Source: Scyliorhinus canicula (taxonomy: Eukaryota). Taken from it: a stretch of 64,000 bases of DNA. A program made the position numbers and the translations under genes. Shown piece after piece: positions 63,662 through 64,000 of this stretch; position 1 is the first letter of the stretch, and every line of letters begins with the position of its first letter. The stretch spans positions 109,545,877 through 109,609,876 of the forward strand of contig NC_052159.1 of assembly GCF_902713615.1 (NCBI RefSeq). Direction: 5' to 3'. The notes beneath the pieces are model-generated. The model did no database searches. It had not been told where the DNA came from and worked only from the letters and a program-made list of their open reading frames with translations.

Positions 63662-64000
63662 TGTTTTTCTAATTTCACCTATATGTTTTAGAATTCCCCT
63701 TATACCACAGACCTTAAGGGCCAATATTCTAAAACGGCGAACAGGGAACTCCCTCCCTGACTCCAGTACAGGCCTCTGTGAGTGCTATTCGGGTCAAACT
63801 CTCCTTTCAAGTTATCCCCCGGTATAACTCATACCTTCACTGAAGAATTTTACTTACTTACCCCTTAATCGCATCGATGTCCCGGGTCCTGCGTTCTTAA
63901 GGAAGTGAAGTAAGCTAATAACCACTTTTTCAGGTTAAATTATTTTATTATTAACATACTCTTTTTTATCTCATTAAATTAAAAACATTATTTACTTTTT
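63662..64000 (-). repeat. 5' LTR (U5 and part of R) of the foamy-like ERV, truncated by the window
   Basis: Direct repeat of 55341-55678; ends ...AAAAACA immediately before the PBS on the minus strand. Confidence 0.92.

Larger units (their letters stand above)
55341..64000 (-). mobile_element. Foamy-like (spumaretrovirus-related) endogenous retrovirus, env-less, young; 5' LTR runs off the window
   Basis: Matching LTR copies start at 55341 and 63662. PBS at 63643-63661, a 5.3-kb gag-pro-pol ORF, and a PPT at 56925-56937. RT followed by tether and RNase H is retroviral architecture. Confidence 0.9.

Overview
Repeat-saturated vertebrate genomic DNA, most likely from a cartilaginous fish: it carries about 12 HE1/V-SINE copies with CR1-type tails, CR1, L2 and Rex1 LINE debris, PIF/Harbinger MITEs and decayed Gypsy elements. 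I cannot support any host protein-coding exon. The only long intact ORF belongs to a very young, env-less, foamy-like (spumaretrovirus-related) endogenous retrovirus on the minus strand, running from 55341 past the window end. It has one uninterrupted Gag-PR-RT-tether-RNaseH-IN ORF (1762 aa from ATG 62946), a foamy-type RT signature (IDLANGFW), a Gag with GYNLR and Gly/Arg boxes instead of a zinc knuckle, a tRNA-Lys1,2-like PBS, and LTRs identical except for one indel over 339 bp. Directly after the PBS is a CRISPR-looking array of eight 22-nt hairpin repeats with 11-16-nt spacers. Other notable items are a 697-bp TRIM-like mini LTR element inside a SINE and two related Gypsy elements whose PBS position is complementary to their own LTR rather than to a tRNA. 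Family names come from motif recognition by eye; no database search was run.
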